Assembly (NCBI GenBank): GCA_001447805.1
Contig: CP013099.1
Location: 3,395,181 to 3,459,180, forward strand
Reading direction: 5' to 3'
DNA from: Candidatus Tenderia electrophaga
Lineage (GTDB): Bacteria > Pseudomonadota > Gammaproteobacteria > Tenderiales > Tenderiaceae
Length of the DNA stretch: 64,000 bases
In this document: positions 1-11,527 of the stretch, one piece after another
How the letters are laid out: each line of letters opens with the position of its first letter
Position numbering within the stretch: the stretch's first letter is position 1
Position numbers and translations under genes: made by a program
Notes under the pieces: generated by a model
Database searches by the model: none
Told to the model about the DNA's origin: nothing
The model's input: the letters and a program-made list of their open reading frames with translations, nothing else

Positions 1-1215
<1,215 letters not shown>

Positions 1216-1301
1216 CAGAATCTGAATGGAAATCGCTTTGAAAGCAAGTTAATATTGCGAGCTCAATACTAATTAATTAAGTAGGACTGTTGGGGGTAGA
1301 T

Positions 1302-1910
1302 GTGAATAATAAATTTGCCAAGCTTAGTTTGGCTTCAGTTTTTTTGTTGTCTGGATTTTTTCAAACCGCTTTCGCAGACAGTGCCTATGTGGCTGTAAGT
1401 TTGGGTAAGACAAGCGGTAGTATTGATGAGCAAGGCATTCAGGCCATATCGGGACCTAATATATCATCCGATACAACTGCGTCTTCTTTTAAGGTGCAAT
1501 TAGGAATGATGCCAAAGCGAGGGCTTGGTTTTGAAGTCGGTTATATCGACTTCGGTACATTGAGTGCCATGGAGACCACGCTTGGAATTATCGATACTTA
1601 TGATTTTGACGTAACTGGAAATACCATAGCGGGTATCGTGTCGGTGCCGTCAGGCCGCCACTCCACCGTATATGGAAAGATTGGTGTGGTGATGTGGGAG
1701 TCTGAGGCTACCGTTTGTCTGCCTTGGTTGGGCGGATGTGGCGCTTCTAGTACAGATGGTAACGACCCATTTTTTGGAATAGGTATGGAATATCGTATTG
1801 CTGCGAATATGGGGCTTCGGGCTGAATTTGAAAGGTATGACGTGCCCGTTACCGATGCAGGGGCAGGAGATTTTAACAACTTCTCAGTGAGTGCTGCTTA
1901 TCGGTTCTAA
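1302..1910 (+). CDS. Outer-membrane beta-barrel protein (OmpA-like transmembrane domain)
   Basis: Signal peptide ending TAFA, alternating beta-strands (GFEVGYIDFG, GIGMEY, GLRAEFERY), C-terminal AYRF; GTG start chosen. Confidence 0.8.
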   Translation: MNNKFAKLSLASVFLLSGFFQTAFADSAYVAVSLGKTSGSIDEQGIQAISGPNISSDTTASSFKVQLGMMPKRGLGFEVGYIDFGTLSAMETTLGIIDTYDFDVTGNTIAGIVSVPSGRHSTVYGKIGVVMWESEATVCLPWLGGCGASSTDGNDPFFGIGMEYRIAANMGLRAEFERYDVPVTDAGAGDFNNFSVSAAYRF

Positions 1911-1978
1911 AATCGATTTACACAATAGCGCAATATATGCACCCCGATTTAGGGGGCGCTCTGCATTATAGGAGTATA

Positions 1979-2254
1979 ATGATGAGCATTAAAATCGAAA
2001 GACAGGTTAATCGCAATCAAGTGGAGTCTGAAGGCGTATACGAATGGCCCGTTTGGGAAAAAGAGATCTCTAGCTTTCCGTGGACCTACGACGCCAGCGA
2101 AACCTGCTACTTCCTCGAAGGCGATGTGATCGTTACCCCCGACGGCGGCGAGCCGGCGCAGATGGGCAAGGGTGACCTGGTGACCTTTCCGGCCGACATG
2201 TCCTGCACCTGGGAAATCCGGCAGCCGGTGCGCAAACATTACACATTCGATTGA
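1979..2254 (+). CDS. Cupin domain protein (cupin_3/DUF861-like)
   Basis: WPVWEKE..FPWTY..ETCYFLEG..GDLVTFP..CTW pattern; AGGAG RBS at 1970-1974. Confidence 0.9.
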   Translation: MMSIKIERQVNRNQVESEGVYEWPVWEKEISSFPWTYDASETCYFLEGDVIVTPDGGEPAQMGKGDLVTFPADMSCTWEIRQPVRKHYTFD

Positions 2255-2513
2255 GCAGCGCGCCAACGCGATGTGAGAGACGGGTTTCGCCTATCACTCT
2301 ATCGACTGATCCCGTCCGCATAGCCGTTGCTTCCTGACCAGAACGTACGCTTCAGGGCGCCTCGCGACCGAGGTGATGCCCTCGACAACTTAAGCGCGCC
2401 CCTCTTATAGAGATGAGCGAATGCGTGAAAAAATTGGCGCATTGGCGTCGCTGTGGCGTTGAACCAGCAGTTTTTACGCCCCATGGGTTGTGGCCGAATG
2501 CTGCGCAGGACGC

Positions 2514-3960
2514 TCAATGCGGCTCAACTTCCACGCGATTACGGCCGTTGCGCTTTGCGCGATACAGGAGAGTGTCCGCGCTATTAAACCAGTCTTTGAT
2601 GGTTTCATTTGGATGGTGATATTGGGCGACGCCCAAGCTGATTGTGACCCTGATTTGCTGGCGCTCCACAGCGAGGACGCAGTGCTCAAGCCGCTGGCGC
2701 AGTCGCTCGGCGATCTGGCCGGCCTCTTCCAGATCGGTATCGGGTAACAGCACGGCGAATTCTTCACCGCCTGTGCGGCTCAGCAGGTCGCTGGGGCGCA
2801 GGAGCTTTTGCACGAGGTGAACAAACTCTTTGAGTACCGCATCCCCGACTTGATGGTTGTATTGGTCATTGATCGCTTTGAAGTGATCGAGGTCAATGGC
2901 TATCAGGGACAGGGGGGGCGTGGTTACGTACTGCACGTGCCGCTTCCTGTTCCGCGCGCTGCATCAGTTCGCGGCGGTTGGCGGCGCCGGTCAAGGGGTC
3001 GGTGGCGGCCAGGCGTTCTAATTTCGCGTTGGCACGTTGCAATTCGACCATCGTCTCCTCGGCGCGCTGCTTTTGGGCCAGCACCTCTTCCAGCAACTCG
3101 GCTTGACTGTAGACGCGAGCGAAGGAGCGCGTCGATAGATAGGCTTGGATCACGCCGTAGCTCAAGAGAAAAAAGCCCCCGGCGAAGATCACATGCGCCA
3201 GCCACCATTGATGGCTCCAGGCCGTATCCAAGCTGAAGGCCAGAGACGATTGCGCGAACCACGCCATCGAAACCGCATACATGACCATTAGTGGATTGCG
3301 GATGCGCTGTGTGATGAGCCAGGCGATCACGATGACGAACAGACCGATGGCGGTGTATTCCATAGACAATCGCAGCCAGGCGGCCGCGCGCAAGGGCGAT
3401 ATGGCCAACAGGCCGATGACTAGATCAATGCCGATGAAGATCGCGATGGCGATCAGCCAGGTGCGGGGGCGCCAACGCTTCGAAGGCGCGTCGGCTGCGG
3501 CGTAATGGAACATGGCGGTCAGAAAACAGGCCGCCATGACGACCCGCGAGGCCGGTCCGTACAGCAGAAACAGCCATGGGTTTTGATGCGCGAGAGGCGT
3601 AAACAGCCCATGCGGCGCATAAATGAGCGTGAAACCGAGGAACCCCAAGGTCAACCATCGTAGAAACGGTTCACCGCTATCGGCATAGCAGCGCCATGTG
3701 ACAAAGGTGATGAAGGCGCCGATCGCGATGGCGATGGAAATGGCGATGATATGGAAGCCGTGATGCTCATAGAGCAGTCCGGGTTGCCGGTTGATCTCCA
3801 GGTAGGTGAGTGCCAGCATGGGCGCGCTGCCGAACAGGCCAAGCAAGAGATAGGTATAACCGGAAAGAATGCGGGTAAATAGAGGTTTTTCAAAGGCTGC
3901 CATGTAATTCCCGGTGTGGCGGAGCCAAGTCAGCGCTCGCCCCAGAGGCTTGATATTCAA
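2514..3960 (-). pseudogene. Membrane-sensor (MASE-like) diguanylate cyclase split by a +1 frameshift
   Basis: ORF 2893-3960 has multiple TM helices and TDPLTGAANRR; ORF 2514-2936 has IDLDHFK..GD..GGEEF; removing one G from the G7 run at 2912-2918 fuses them in frame. Confidence 0.85.
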
Positions 3961-4176
3961 TAATAAGACCGCGCCATTTTTTCATGGTCGAAGATTCGCT
4001 GGCGAATTCCCGCATTGGCGCTGCGCGTTCCACGGTGATGACTATTATCATCCTTAGATCAATGAACTGATTATATGCCATTGTTGTGTGGCGTGGCTTG
4101 CCGGCCGATGTAAAATCGGTCTTTGCGGGGGGTGAATTGAGTATCCTTGCGATGTTGGGCCCTCGGGAGAAAACGT

Positions 4177-5553
4177 ATGTTTATCAGCATCCTTGACGTG
4201 TTTAAGCTGGGTATCGGGCCCTCCAGTTCCCATACCATGGGGCCGATGCTGGCGGCCGCCGATTTTATCGTGCGTGCGCGCCAGCGGCTGGCGCAGGCAG
4301 CGCGGCTGGATGATGTCGGCATTCGCTGCACCCTGAAGGGATCGCTGGCCTTTACCGGCAAAGGCCATGGTACCGATCGCGCCATAGCGCTCGGCCTGCA
4401 CGGCTATACCCCTGCTGATGTTGCCGCTGAGGATGTGGATGCGTTGGTAGAAAGTATTTGGAATAGCGGTCTGGCAGGCTCGCCGCCGACGATTCGATTC
4501 GAGCCGGACAAGGATATCCGCTTCGACAAGGGCCCGGCCCTGCCCGAGCATCCCAACGGCATGATTTTCGAACTGGTCGACCGATCCGCTGACAAGGTCT
4601 TGCTCAAAGAAACCTATTTCTCCATTGGCGGCGGGTTTATCAGTACCCGGGCGGAGATCAAGCAACTGGTGGCTCCGCTCAAGATGGAGTCGGCGGCCGA
4701 TTGCCCTTATCCCTTCGATTCGGCCCGCGCCATGCTGCAAATGTGCGACGCGAGTCAGCTCACCATCGCCGCCATGAAGCATGCGAACGAACTGGAACAT
4801 ATAAGCGAACCGGCCTTACTTGATGGCATGGAGGCCATCTGGCGGGCCATGCGACGTTGTGTCGAACTGGGGTTGGCCGCCGAGGGTATCCTGCCCGGCG
4901 GGCTGGCACTGCCGCGCCGCGCCAAACATTTGTATGAGCAGCTGCGGCAAGACCCGCAAGCGGCCAGTGTCAACGACTGGTTGTGTGCCTATGCCATGGC
5001 AGTGAATGAGGAAAACGCGGCCGGACACATGGTGGTGACGGCGCCGACCAACGGCGCCGCCGGCGTCATTCCGGCGGTGTTGTACTACTTCGTGACGCAT
5101 GAAGGCGGCCGTCAGGAACAGCTGCGCGAGTTTCTGCTTACCGCCAGCGCCATCGGCGGCATTATCAAGCATCGCAGCTCCATCTCCGGCGCCGAGGTGG
5201 GTTGCCAGGGGGAGGTCGGCTCCGCCGCTGCCATGGCGGCCGCCGGTTTGTGTGCGGCGCGTGGCGGTACGCCGCGGCAAATCGAAAATGCGGCGGAGAT
5301 CGCCCTTGAGCACCATCTAGGTATGACCTGCGACCCGGTCAAAGGCCTGGTCCAGGTGCCCTGCATCGAGCGCAACGGTTTTGGCGCCATCAAGGCCTAT
5401 ACCGCCACCTCGCTGGCCTTGCGTGGCACGGGCCAGCATTTTATGCCCCTGGACAACTGCATCGCCGCCATGAAGCAGACCGGTCTGGAGATGTCGGAGA
5501 AATACAAGGAGACGTCCCTGGGCGGTCTGGCGGTAAGCATTACCGAATGTTAG
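4177..5553 (+). CDS. sdaA: L-serine dehydratase (Fe-S dependent)
   Basis: [63 protein letters not shown]. Confidence 0.97.
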   Translation: MFISILDVFKLGIGPSSSHTMGPMLAAADFIVRARQRLAQAARLDDVGIRCTLKGSLAFTGKGHGTDRAIALGLHGYTPADVAAEDVDALVESIWNSGLAGSPPTIRFEPDKDIRFDKGPALPEHPNGMIFELVDRSADKVLLKETYFSIGGGFISTRAEIKQLVAPLKMESAADCPYPFDSARAMLQMCDASQLTIAAMKHANELEHISEPALLDGMEAIWRAMRRCVELGLAAEGILPGGLALPRRAKHLYEQLRQDPQAASVNDWLCAYAMAVNEENAAGHMVVTAPTNGAAGVIPAVLYYFVTHEGGRQEQLREFLLTASAIGGIIKHRSSISGAEVGCQGEVGSAAAMAAAGLCAARGGTPRQIENAAEIALEHHLGMTCDPVKGLVQVPCIERNGFGAIKAYTATSLALRGTGQHFMPLDNCIAAMKQTGLEMSEKYKETSLGGLAVSITEC

Positions 5554-5669
5554 TGAGCGGGGTATTTGGCGCGGTTTACTGGCGCGGTGGTAGTCGTATT
5601 ACAATGCCCCATCAAGCCATCCCGTGTTGGCCGCCGGGCGACGCGCAATAACCGTAAAGTCGATCAATC

Positions 5670-6305
5670 ATGGACACCCAGTTCTTAAAAATATTTACGC
5701 TCATCTTCGTGTTGCTGAATCCGTTTTTGATGAGCATTTATCTGCTCGATCTGATACGCAATCTGTCTTTGCCCGAATTTTTTAACGTATTGCGGCGCGC
5801 GTCTATTATCAGTGCCACGGTGTTCCTGGTATTCGCCTGGGGCGGGGAGCAGATCTTTTCAGAGGTGTTACAGGTGCGCTTTGCCGCCTTCTTGATCTTC
5901 GGCGGCATCATCTTTATCGTCATCGCATTGCGTTTCGTGTTCCAGGGCAGCGACGCCATCGCGCAAATGCGCGGCCCGGCGGAGTATGTCGCCGGGGCCG
6001 TGGCCATGCCGTTTATTATTGGCCCGGGCACCATCAGTGCCAGCGTGCTGGCGGGGGTCAGCCTGCCTCTTCTGCAGGCCGCCATGGCGATCATCAGTGC
6101 CCTGGCGGCCTCCATGGTGGCGCTGATCGTGATTAAATATCTGCACGATTATGTAAAGCAGCGCAATGTGAAATTGATCGACAGCTATGTGGATATCGTC
6201 GGTCGCATCTCGGCCTTGCTCATCGGTGCCATCGCCATCGAGATGGTATTGCAGGGCCTGGATGCCTGGCTCGAGCCCCTGCTGCAAGTCGAGTTGCCGG
6301 CATAA
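5670..6305 (+). CDS. marC: MarC family membrane protein
   Basis: LNPF near N-terminus, six hydrophobic helices, AMPFIIGPGTI motif. Confidence 0.85.
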   Translation: MDTQFLKIFTLIFVLLNPFLMSIYLLDLIRNLSLPEFFNVLRRASIISATVFLVFAWGGEQIFSEVLQVRFAAFLIFGGIIFIVIALRFVFQGSDAIAQMRGPAEYVAGAVAMPFIIGPGTISASVLAGVSLPLLQAAMAIISALAASMVALIVIKYLHDYVKQRNVKLIDSYVDIVGRISALLIGAIAIEMVLQGLDAWLEPLLQVELPA

Positions 6306-6326
6306 ACGCGGCGTTCCGTCGACGGT

Positions 6327-6348
6327 AAAAAAACGAGCGTTTCGCTCG
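6327..6348 (-). terminator. Intrinsic terminator on the minus strand
   Basis: Minus strand reads CGAGCG-AAA-CGCTCG-TTTTTTT (perfect 6-bp stem plus U7). Confidence 0.7.
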
Positions 6349-6520
6349 CCATCCTGCGTCCACAACGTCAATGATGCGCGTTGGCACGAAGACCACAGTA
6401 CGAACGCGATCCGGCCGTCCCTGTCTGCATGATGAGATGACGACGGCAATCAATCGTGAATGAATCCTTGTTTATGCTGTTGTTGAAGAGGGCGCCCGAC
6501 CATCCTAGGCTGTAGTTCCC
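6327..6520 (-). ncRNA. Candidate CsrA/RsmA-sequestering small RNA (5' end uncertain)
   Basis: Seven GGA motifs on the minus strand upstream of an orphan terminator, in an intergenic region flanked by two + strand genes. Confidence 0.35.
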
Positions 6521-6554
6521 AACGATGTTCAGACGCTAGTACTAAGGAGGCGAC

Positions 6555-6842
6555 ATGGCGACAAAGGCATCCGACAATGACATCCAGGCATTCCTGAGCG
6601 AGTTGAGCGATTGGCGCGTGGAAGACGGCAAACTGCATCGCGAATACCAGTTCAAGAACTTCGTCGAGGCCTTTGGTTTTATGACGCAGGCGGCGCTGGC
6701 GGCGGAGAAGGCCGATCATCATCCTGAGTGGTTTAATGTCTATAAGAAGGTGGTCGTCGATCTCACTACCCACGAGGCCGACGGCATTAGCGCAAAGGAT
6801 TTCGATCTGGCACGTCAGATGGAGGCTGCCGCCAAGTGCTGA
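6555..6842 (+). CDS. phhB: Pterin-4-alpha-carbinolamine dehydratase
   Basis: FKNFVEAFGFM..AEKADHHPEWFNVY..LTTHEADG; AAGGAGG RBS. Confidence 0.95.
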   Translation: MATKASDNDIQAFLSELSDWRVEDGKLHREYQFKNFVEAFGFMTQAALAAEKADHHPEWFNVYKKVVVDLTTHEADGISAKDFDLARQMEAAAKC

Positions 6843-6963
6843 CGCGGGGGCCTGGAGCCGCCGACGTATCGTAATCACGGTCGGGCCGGTTCGGCACCGC
6901 ATTTGACGCTGTGCGCCGAGTTCTGAATAATCATCTCTGTTCGATACAGAGTCAGGACAACCC

Positions 6964-7176
6964 GTGCTCGAAGCCCATCGTTGCCCTTTGTGCGGCAAAC
7001 CCAATCAGTGTGTCATGGCGCAGTCCGGCGCGGCTGAAGATCAACCGTGTTGGTGTCGCAGCGAGACCTTTCCCCAAGCCTTGATCGACCGGCTGCCGCC
7101 GGCGGCGCGGCACAAGGCCTGTATCTGCCGGGCCTGTGTCAGGGCCTATCATCAAAGCATGCAGGAACAACAATGA
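6964..7176 (+). CDS. Cysteine-rich CWC family protein
   Basis: CPLCGKPNQC..CWC..ACICRAC pattern. Confidence 0.88.
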   Translation: MLEAHRCPLCGKPNQCVMAQSGAAEDQPCWCRSETFPQALIDRLPPAARHKACICRACVRAYHQSMQEQQ

Positions 7177-8222
7177 GTATAGAACTCGCTACGCCGCGTT
7201 TGTTGTTGCGCCAGTTGATGGATCGCGATACCTGGACCTATACCTATCTGCTGGTCGATCCCGACACCCAACAGGGCGTGTTGATCGACCCGGTGCGCGA
7301 GCAGCTGGAGCGCGATCTGGCATTGGTTCGGGAGCTGGGTGTGGAGTTGCTGTACGTGCTGGAGACCCATGTCCATGCCGATCACGTCACCGCGGCCGGC
7401 ATGATCCGCCAGCAGACCGGCGCCCGCATCGTCTACAGCGAGGCGGCCCAGGTGAAGGCGATCGATCGGGCGGTGAACCACGGCGACAGCATCGCGTTCG
7501 GTAACTTCACCGTCCGGGTGCTGGCCACGCCGGGCCATACCAACGGCTGTGTCAGTTACTACGTCGACGGCATGGTGTTCAGCGGCGACGCCTTGCTCAT
7601 CCACGGCTGCGGGCGTACCGATTTTCAACAGGGCGATGCCGCCACCCTGTATCGCAGCGTGACCCAAAAACTGTTTACCCTGCCCGACGCCACCCTGGTG
7701 TATCCGGCCCACGACTATAAAGGCCGCACCGTGTCCAGCATCGGCGAGGAGAAGCGCTGGAACCCGCGCCTGGGCAATCAGCGCAGCGAGGCCGAATTCG
7801 TCGAGCTCATGAGCAATCTCAATCTCGACCTGCCGAAAAAGATCAATGAGGCGGTGCCGGCCAATCTGGAAACCGGCATCAGCTTCGACCCCAAGCGTTA
7901 TCTACACGAGGCGTTTTCCATGGCGGATCTGCATACGGCCTGGCAGTCCCTGCCCGAGGATGAGCTGATCGTCGATACGCGTTCGCCGCAGGAGTATGAC
8001 AGCGGCCACGTGCCGGGGGCGGTGAACATTCCCTTCGGCGAGGAGGACCGGCACGTCGACGCGCTAAAGGAGTACAAGAAGATCTATCTCTATTGCCGTT
8101 CCGGCCGCCGCGCCCAGACCGTGCTCGCCGATCTGTCCATCCTGGGTCTGGACAACCTGGCCTGTGTCGGTCATTCGGGCATGCCCGAGTGGCAGCGGGC
8201 GGGCTATCCCGTCGCGACCTAA
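7173..8222 (+). CDS. Persulfide dioxygenase (ETHE1-like MBL fold) fused to a C-terminal rhodanese
   Basis: TYTYLL, ETHVHADHVT, TPGHT, GCGRTDFQ, YPAHDY, NPRL; rhodanese CRSGRR; ATGA overlap with the CWC gene. Confidence 0.88.
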   Translation: MSIELATPRLLLRQLMDRDTWTYTYLLVDPDTQQGVLIDPVREQLERDLALVRELGVELLYVLETHVHADHVTAAGMIRQQTGARIVYSEAAQVKAIDRAVNHGDSIAFGNFTVRVLATPGHTNGCVSYYVDGMVFSGDALLIHGCGRTDFQQGDAATLYRSVTQKLFTLPDATLVYPAHDYKGRTVSSIGEEKRWNPRLGNQRSEAEFVELMSNLNLDLPKKINEAVPANLETGISFDPKRYLHEAFSMADLHTAWQSLPEDELIVDTRSPQEYDSGHVPGAVNIPFGEEDRHVDALKEYKKIYLYCRSGRRAQTVLADLSILGLDNLACVGHSGMPEWQRAGYPVAT

Positions 8223-10237
8223 GGTTCGGTCTGCTCCGACCACATCAGTAACACCTCGCCGTTCCATACGTCATCATCGTCATTGTCGATCTTGCGGCGA
8301 TAGCCCAGGCGCCAGTTGAGCAGGGCGACGAAGGGCTTGAATTGTTGCATGGGGGTGTCGAAGTCCGGGCTCAGGGTGGGGATGGTGACCAGCGGCAGCT
8401 CGGTCAGCTGCAGTCTGGCCACATAGCCCAGCCACAGCGGTTTGTCACCGGGGGTCAGCGCATAATCCGCCGGCCACAATTTGATGATCAGTTTTTGTTC
8501 CACCAGTTCCAGGGTCAGGCTGGCGTGGCGGCCGTCATGGACATGGGGCAGGGGTACCAGCTCTGCCAGAGAAGGCTCCGGTTTGAGCCAGTGCAGTGCG
8601 CCGCTGACAGTGAGCGGCGCCGGGCGTTGCCAGCCCAGGTCGAGCAGATGCTGTTGCAAATCGTCCAACGCCCCGGCCCACTGCAGATTGAGCGGCTGGC
8701 CCTGGGTGCCCAGGGTGTCGATGCGATAGGCGGGCAGAGTGCGCCAAGCCTGGGCGCGCCAGTCGTCAAAGGCCATCTGCTCGATCTGCATGTGCCGCGC
8801 GTAGCGCTGTAGGTTTTCCTGATGGGTATTGACCACATGCCAACTGCCGACGCTGAGCAGCACCAGCAGTGGCAGGATAAGCAGCGGCGCGGGTTTGAGC
8901 GGCGGGGCGATATGGCGGCGATAGGCCACCCCCAGGGCCAGCACCCAGGCCAGCCCCAGCAGCAATCCGCCGGCGATATCGGAGAACCAGTGGGCGCCCA
9001 GATACAGCCGTGAAAAGGCGATGCTGAGGATCATCAACATCGCCACGGCATAGCACAGCACGCGCCATTGCGGCCGCAATTCGCGTGCAATCAGCACCGC
9101 CAAAAAACCGTAGATACAGCTGGCATAGACCGTATGGGCGCTGGGAAAACTGAAGCTCATGGCGCCTTGATACATGTCGCTGGGGCGCGGCACCTCCAAG
9201 GCGTGTTTCAGCAACCAGGTCATCACCATGGCGAACAAGGCCGCCGCCAGCCAGTGGCCGGCCGCCAGATAACGTTTTCTGAACAACAGCCACAGCAGCA
9301 GGGTGATGACCAGCGCCGTGTGCACTATGCCGTCGCCGAGCTGTGATATGGCGGTCATGAGGTGGTCACCCCAGGGGGTGCGCAGGCCCTGCAGCAGGTG
9401 GTACAGACTGCCGTCCAGGCGCGCCAGTCCCGGTGCGATGGGGAACTGTTGGAACAGGGCGAACATTACTAGCGCCACCAGCAACAGGGCGACGGCAACC
9501 AGACTCAGGCCCTTCAGCTCCGGCTGTTGCGGATCGACCAGGGCGGCGCTGATCTGCCCCAGGCGTCGATGGCCGCGGCTCCAGGCGATCAGGCGATCGG
9601 CCAGCTCCTCGGCGCGCGGCGCCAGCAGGCGATAGCTGCGCCTGACCAGCCACACGCCCAGCCACAGCAGGGCCAGCAGCATTACCACCATGACGGCCAG
9701 GCGCGAGGCCACCGCCGCCGCCAATCCCAGCGAGGCGCCGAACACTATGCCCGGTAGCAGGTAGGCCGGCGCCCAGGCCAGCGCCGAGAGCACGTTAACG
9801 AACAGGAATTTCCAGGGCGGCATGCCCAGCATGCCCGCGGTGGCGGGGATGATGGGCCGCACCGGGCCGACGAAGCGACCGAACAGGATGCTCTTGCCGC
9901 CGTGACGATGAAAAAACCCTTCGCCCTTTTCGAACAGGGCGGGGTAACGCTTGAAGGGCCAGACCGTGCGCAATTGATCCTTGAAATAATGCCCCAGCCA
10001 GAAACTGATGCCGTCACCGGCGACCGCGCCGGCCACCGCCAGCCAAAAGGTGGGCCAGAAGTCGATGGTGCCCAGCGCCACCAGGGTGCCGATGGCGAAC
10101 ATCAGCACCACGCCGGGCATGAACAGTCCGACCACCGCCAGCGATTCGCTGAAGGCCACCAGGAACACGAAGGCGCCCGCCCAGGCGGGATGTGCGGCGA
10201 TCCAATCGAGCAGGGGCTGAAGAAAGTCGAGGTTCAT
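8219..10237 (-). CDS. DedA / PAP2 phosphatase / LssY-like C-terminal fusion
   Basis: DedA (ES..VGLFMPG, GRFVGPVR); PAP2 (K..RP, SFPSAH, SRLYLGAHWFSD); soluble C-terminal domain. Confidence 0.9.
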   Translation of the reverse strand: MNLDFLQPLLDWIAAHPAWAGAFVFLVAFSESLAVVGLFMPGVVLMFAIGTLVALGTIDFWPTFWLAVAGAVAGDGISFWLGHYFKDQLRTVWPFKRYPALFEKGEGFFHRHGGKSILFGRFVGPVRPIIPATAGMLGMPPWKFLFVNVLSALAWAPAYLLPGIVFGASLGLAAAVASRLAVMVVMLLALLWLGVWLVRRSYRLLAPRAEELADRLIAWSRGHRRLGQISAALVDPQQPELKGLSLVAVALLLVALVMFALFQQFPIAPGLARLDGSLYHLLQGLRTPWGDHLMTAISQLGDGIVHTALVITLLLWLLFRKRYLAAGHWLAAALFAMVMTWLLKHALEVPRPSDMYQGAMSFSFPSAHTVYASCIYGFLAVLIARELRPQWRVLCYAVAMLMILSIAFSRLYLGAHWFSDIAGGLLLGLAWVLALGVAYRRHIAPPLKPAPLLILPLLVLLSVGSWHVVNTHQENLQRYARHMQIEQMAFDDWRAQAWRTLPAYRIDTLGTQGQPLNLQWAGALDDLQQHLLDLGWQRPAPLTVSGALHWLKPEPSLAELVPLPHVHDGRHASLTLELVEQKLIIKLWPADYALTPGDKPLWLGYVARLQLTELPLVTIPTLSPDFDTPMQQFKPFVALLNWRLGYRRKIDNDDDDVWNGEVLLMWSEQTEP

Positions 10238-10296
10238 GGGGGCGCATTATGCGGCAAAATGTGTCTCAGCCACAGTGGGGGCGGTACGCGAAAACC

Positions 10297-11274
10297 TTAC
10301 AAGCGCCAGCCCCAATACTCGAGAAAATCAGCGAAGAAATACATGTTGGACGCCTCCCTCGCCCAAGGCTTGAGGCTGGTGTAGAACACCGTGCCGGTCG
10401 CGGCGGGATCGCCCAGTTGCTTGTCACGGCCGATGTTCAGATCCAGTGCCCACCAGCTCATGAGCAGCAGTTCCCAGGGTTTGAAGGAATCCTTTACATA
10501 GCCTTCGAGCCAGCCGGAGGAATGAAAAAAAGAGGTGTGGCCGTCGCCCAGGGGCAGGCGTTGCAGGGATTGCATGGGCTGCAGCTCAACCGTCTGCCGC
10601 GCTGCGTGAATGTGATCCAGGCGTTTCAAACGCACGTCCATCACCCGGTGGGTGGCGCTGCGCAGGTGAAGCACCATGCGCCATTGCGTATCGGCGTCGC
10701 TCGCATAGTCCGGGGGATAGTCCAGCCGCGCCGGCAGGGTCTCGCCGAAAACGCTCTGTTTGTCCTGCGGCCAGTCCTCCGGCATGGCCGAGGTCGGCAG
10801 ATGGCTGGTAGGCACGAAGGCCAGATAGCAGCCGCAGGTATGCACCGTGGTGATCAGCACTGGCTGTTGTCGCTCATTCAGCGTGACCACCACGAACAGG
10901 CCGCCGTTGGCGCCGGCGGTGAGGTGGGGGTGGGGCACGCGCGGAAAATGAAAGCGATAGATGAGGTTGTGATAGCGCCGGCCGTTTAGCGCGGTGAAGG
11001 GCTGTTGGCGGGTATAGAACACCGCGTGCTCAAGGTCGATATAAATCTCCTCCTCACCCGCTTCATCCAGCCGGGCGGCGGCATGGCCGATTTGGTTGTA
11101 GGCAAGCGCGCTCTCGCCGGCGACCACCACGGGGGCATGGCGTTCCAGCAAGTCCGCATCCTGCGCCACGAGGTAGCGACGATCCGTCGCGCCGGGGCCC
11201 GGCGTGGCACAGCCCAGCAGCAGGCCGCAGAGCAGCAGCGCGCACGCGAACTGAATGGTTTTGCTGTATGTCAT
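10297..11274 (-). CDS. Hypothetical lipoprotein
   Basis: Lipobox LLLGC after a hydrophobic stretch; HTCGCY motif; long ORF with genome-like codon usage. Confidence 0.75.
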   Translation of the reverse strand: MTYSKTIQFACALLLCGLLLGCATPGPGATDRRYLVAQDADLLERHAPVVVAGESALAYNQIGHAAARLDEAGEEEIYIDLEHAVFYTRQQPFTALNGRRYHNLIYRFHFPRVPHPHLTAGANGGLFVVVTLNERQQPVLITTVHTCGCYLAFVPTSHLPTSAMPEDWPQDKQSVFGETLPARLDYPPDYASDADTQWRMVLHLRSATHRVMDVRLKRLDHIHAARQTVELQPMQSLQRLPLGDGHTSFFHSSGWLEGYVKDSFKPWELLLMSWWALDLNIGRDKQLGDPAATGTVFYTSLKPWAREASNMYFFADFLEYWGWRL

Positions 11275-11527
11275 AGCAATACCATAGCAGTGCGGCGGCG
11301 ATCTGACAGGGACAGCCAACTCCCTACTTTGTTTAGGGCTAAAGCTCCGGCCCCGGCGCCCGTTAATAAGGGGCAAGAGCGATTAAATTATAAAGACCAC
11401 GTCCAGTAGCACCGAACACAGGGGTGAACCAGAATCAGCATAGGGATATCACTGATTTGTGTAGAAAATACCATCTAGGTGGCGCGCATCGATCGATCTT
11501 CAGGCTGACACTGATGTTTTTCAAGAT

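Noticed and set aside
11290..11380. Possible c-di-GMP riboswitch near the GGDEF gene
   Set aside because: Only a vague AAAGCTCCGGCC resemblance; the GGCAAA/GAAA/GACGCAAA core is missing
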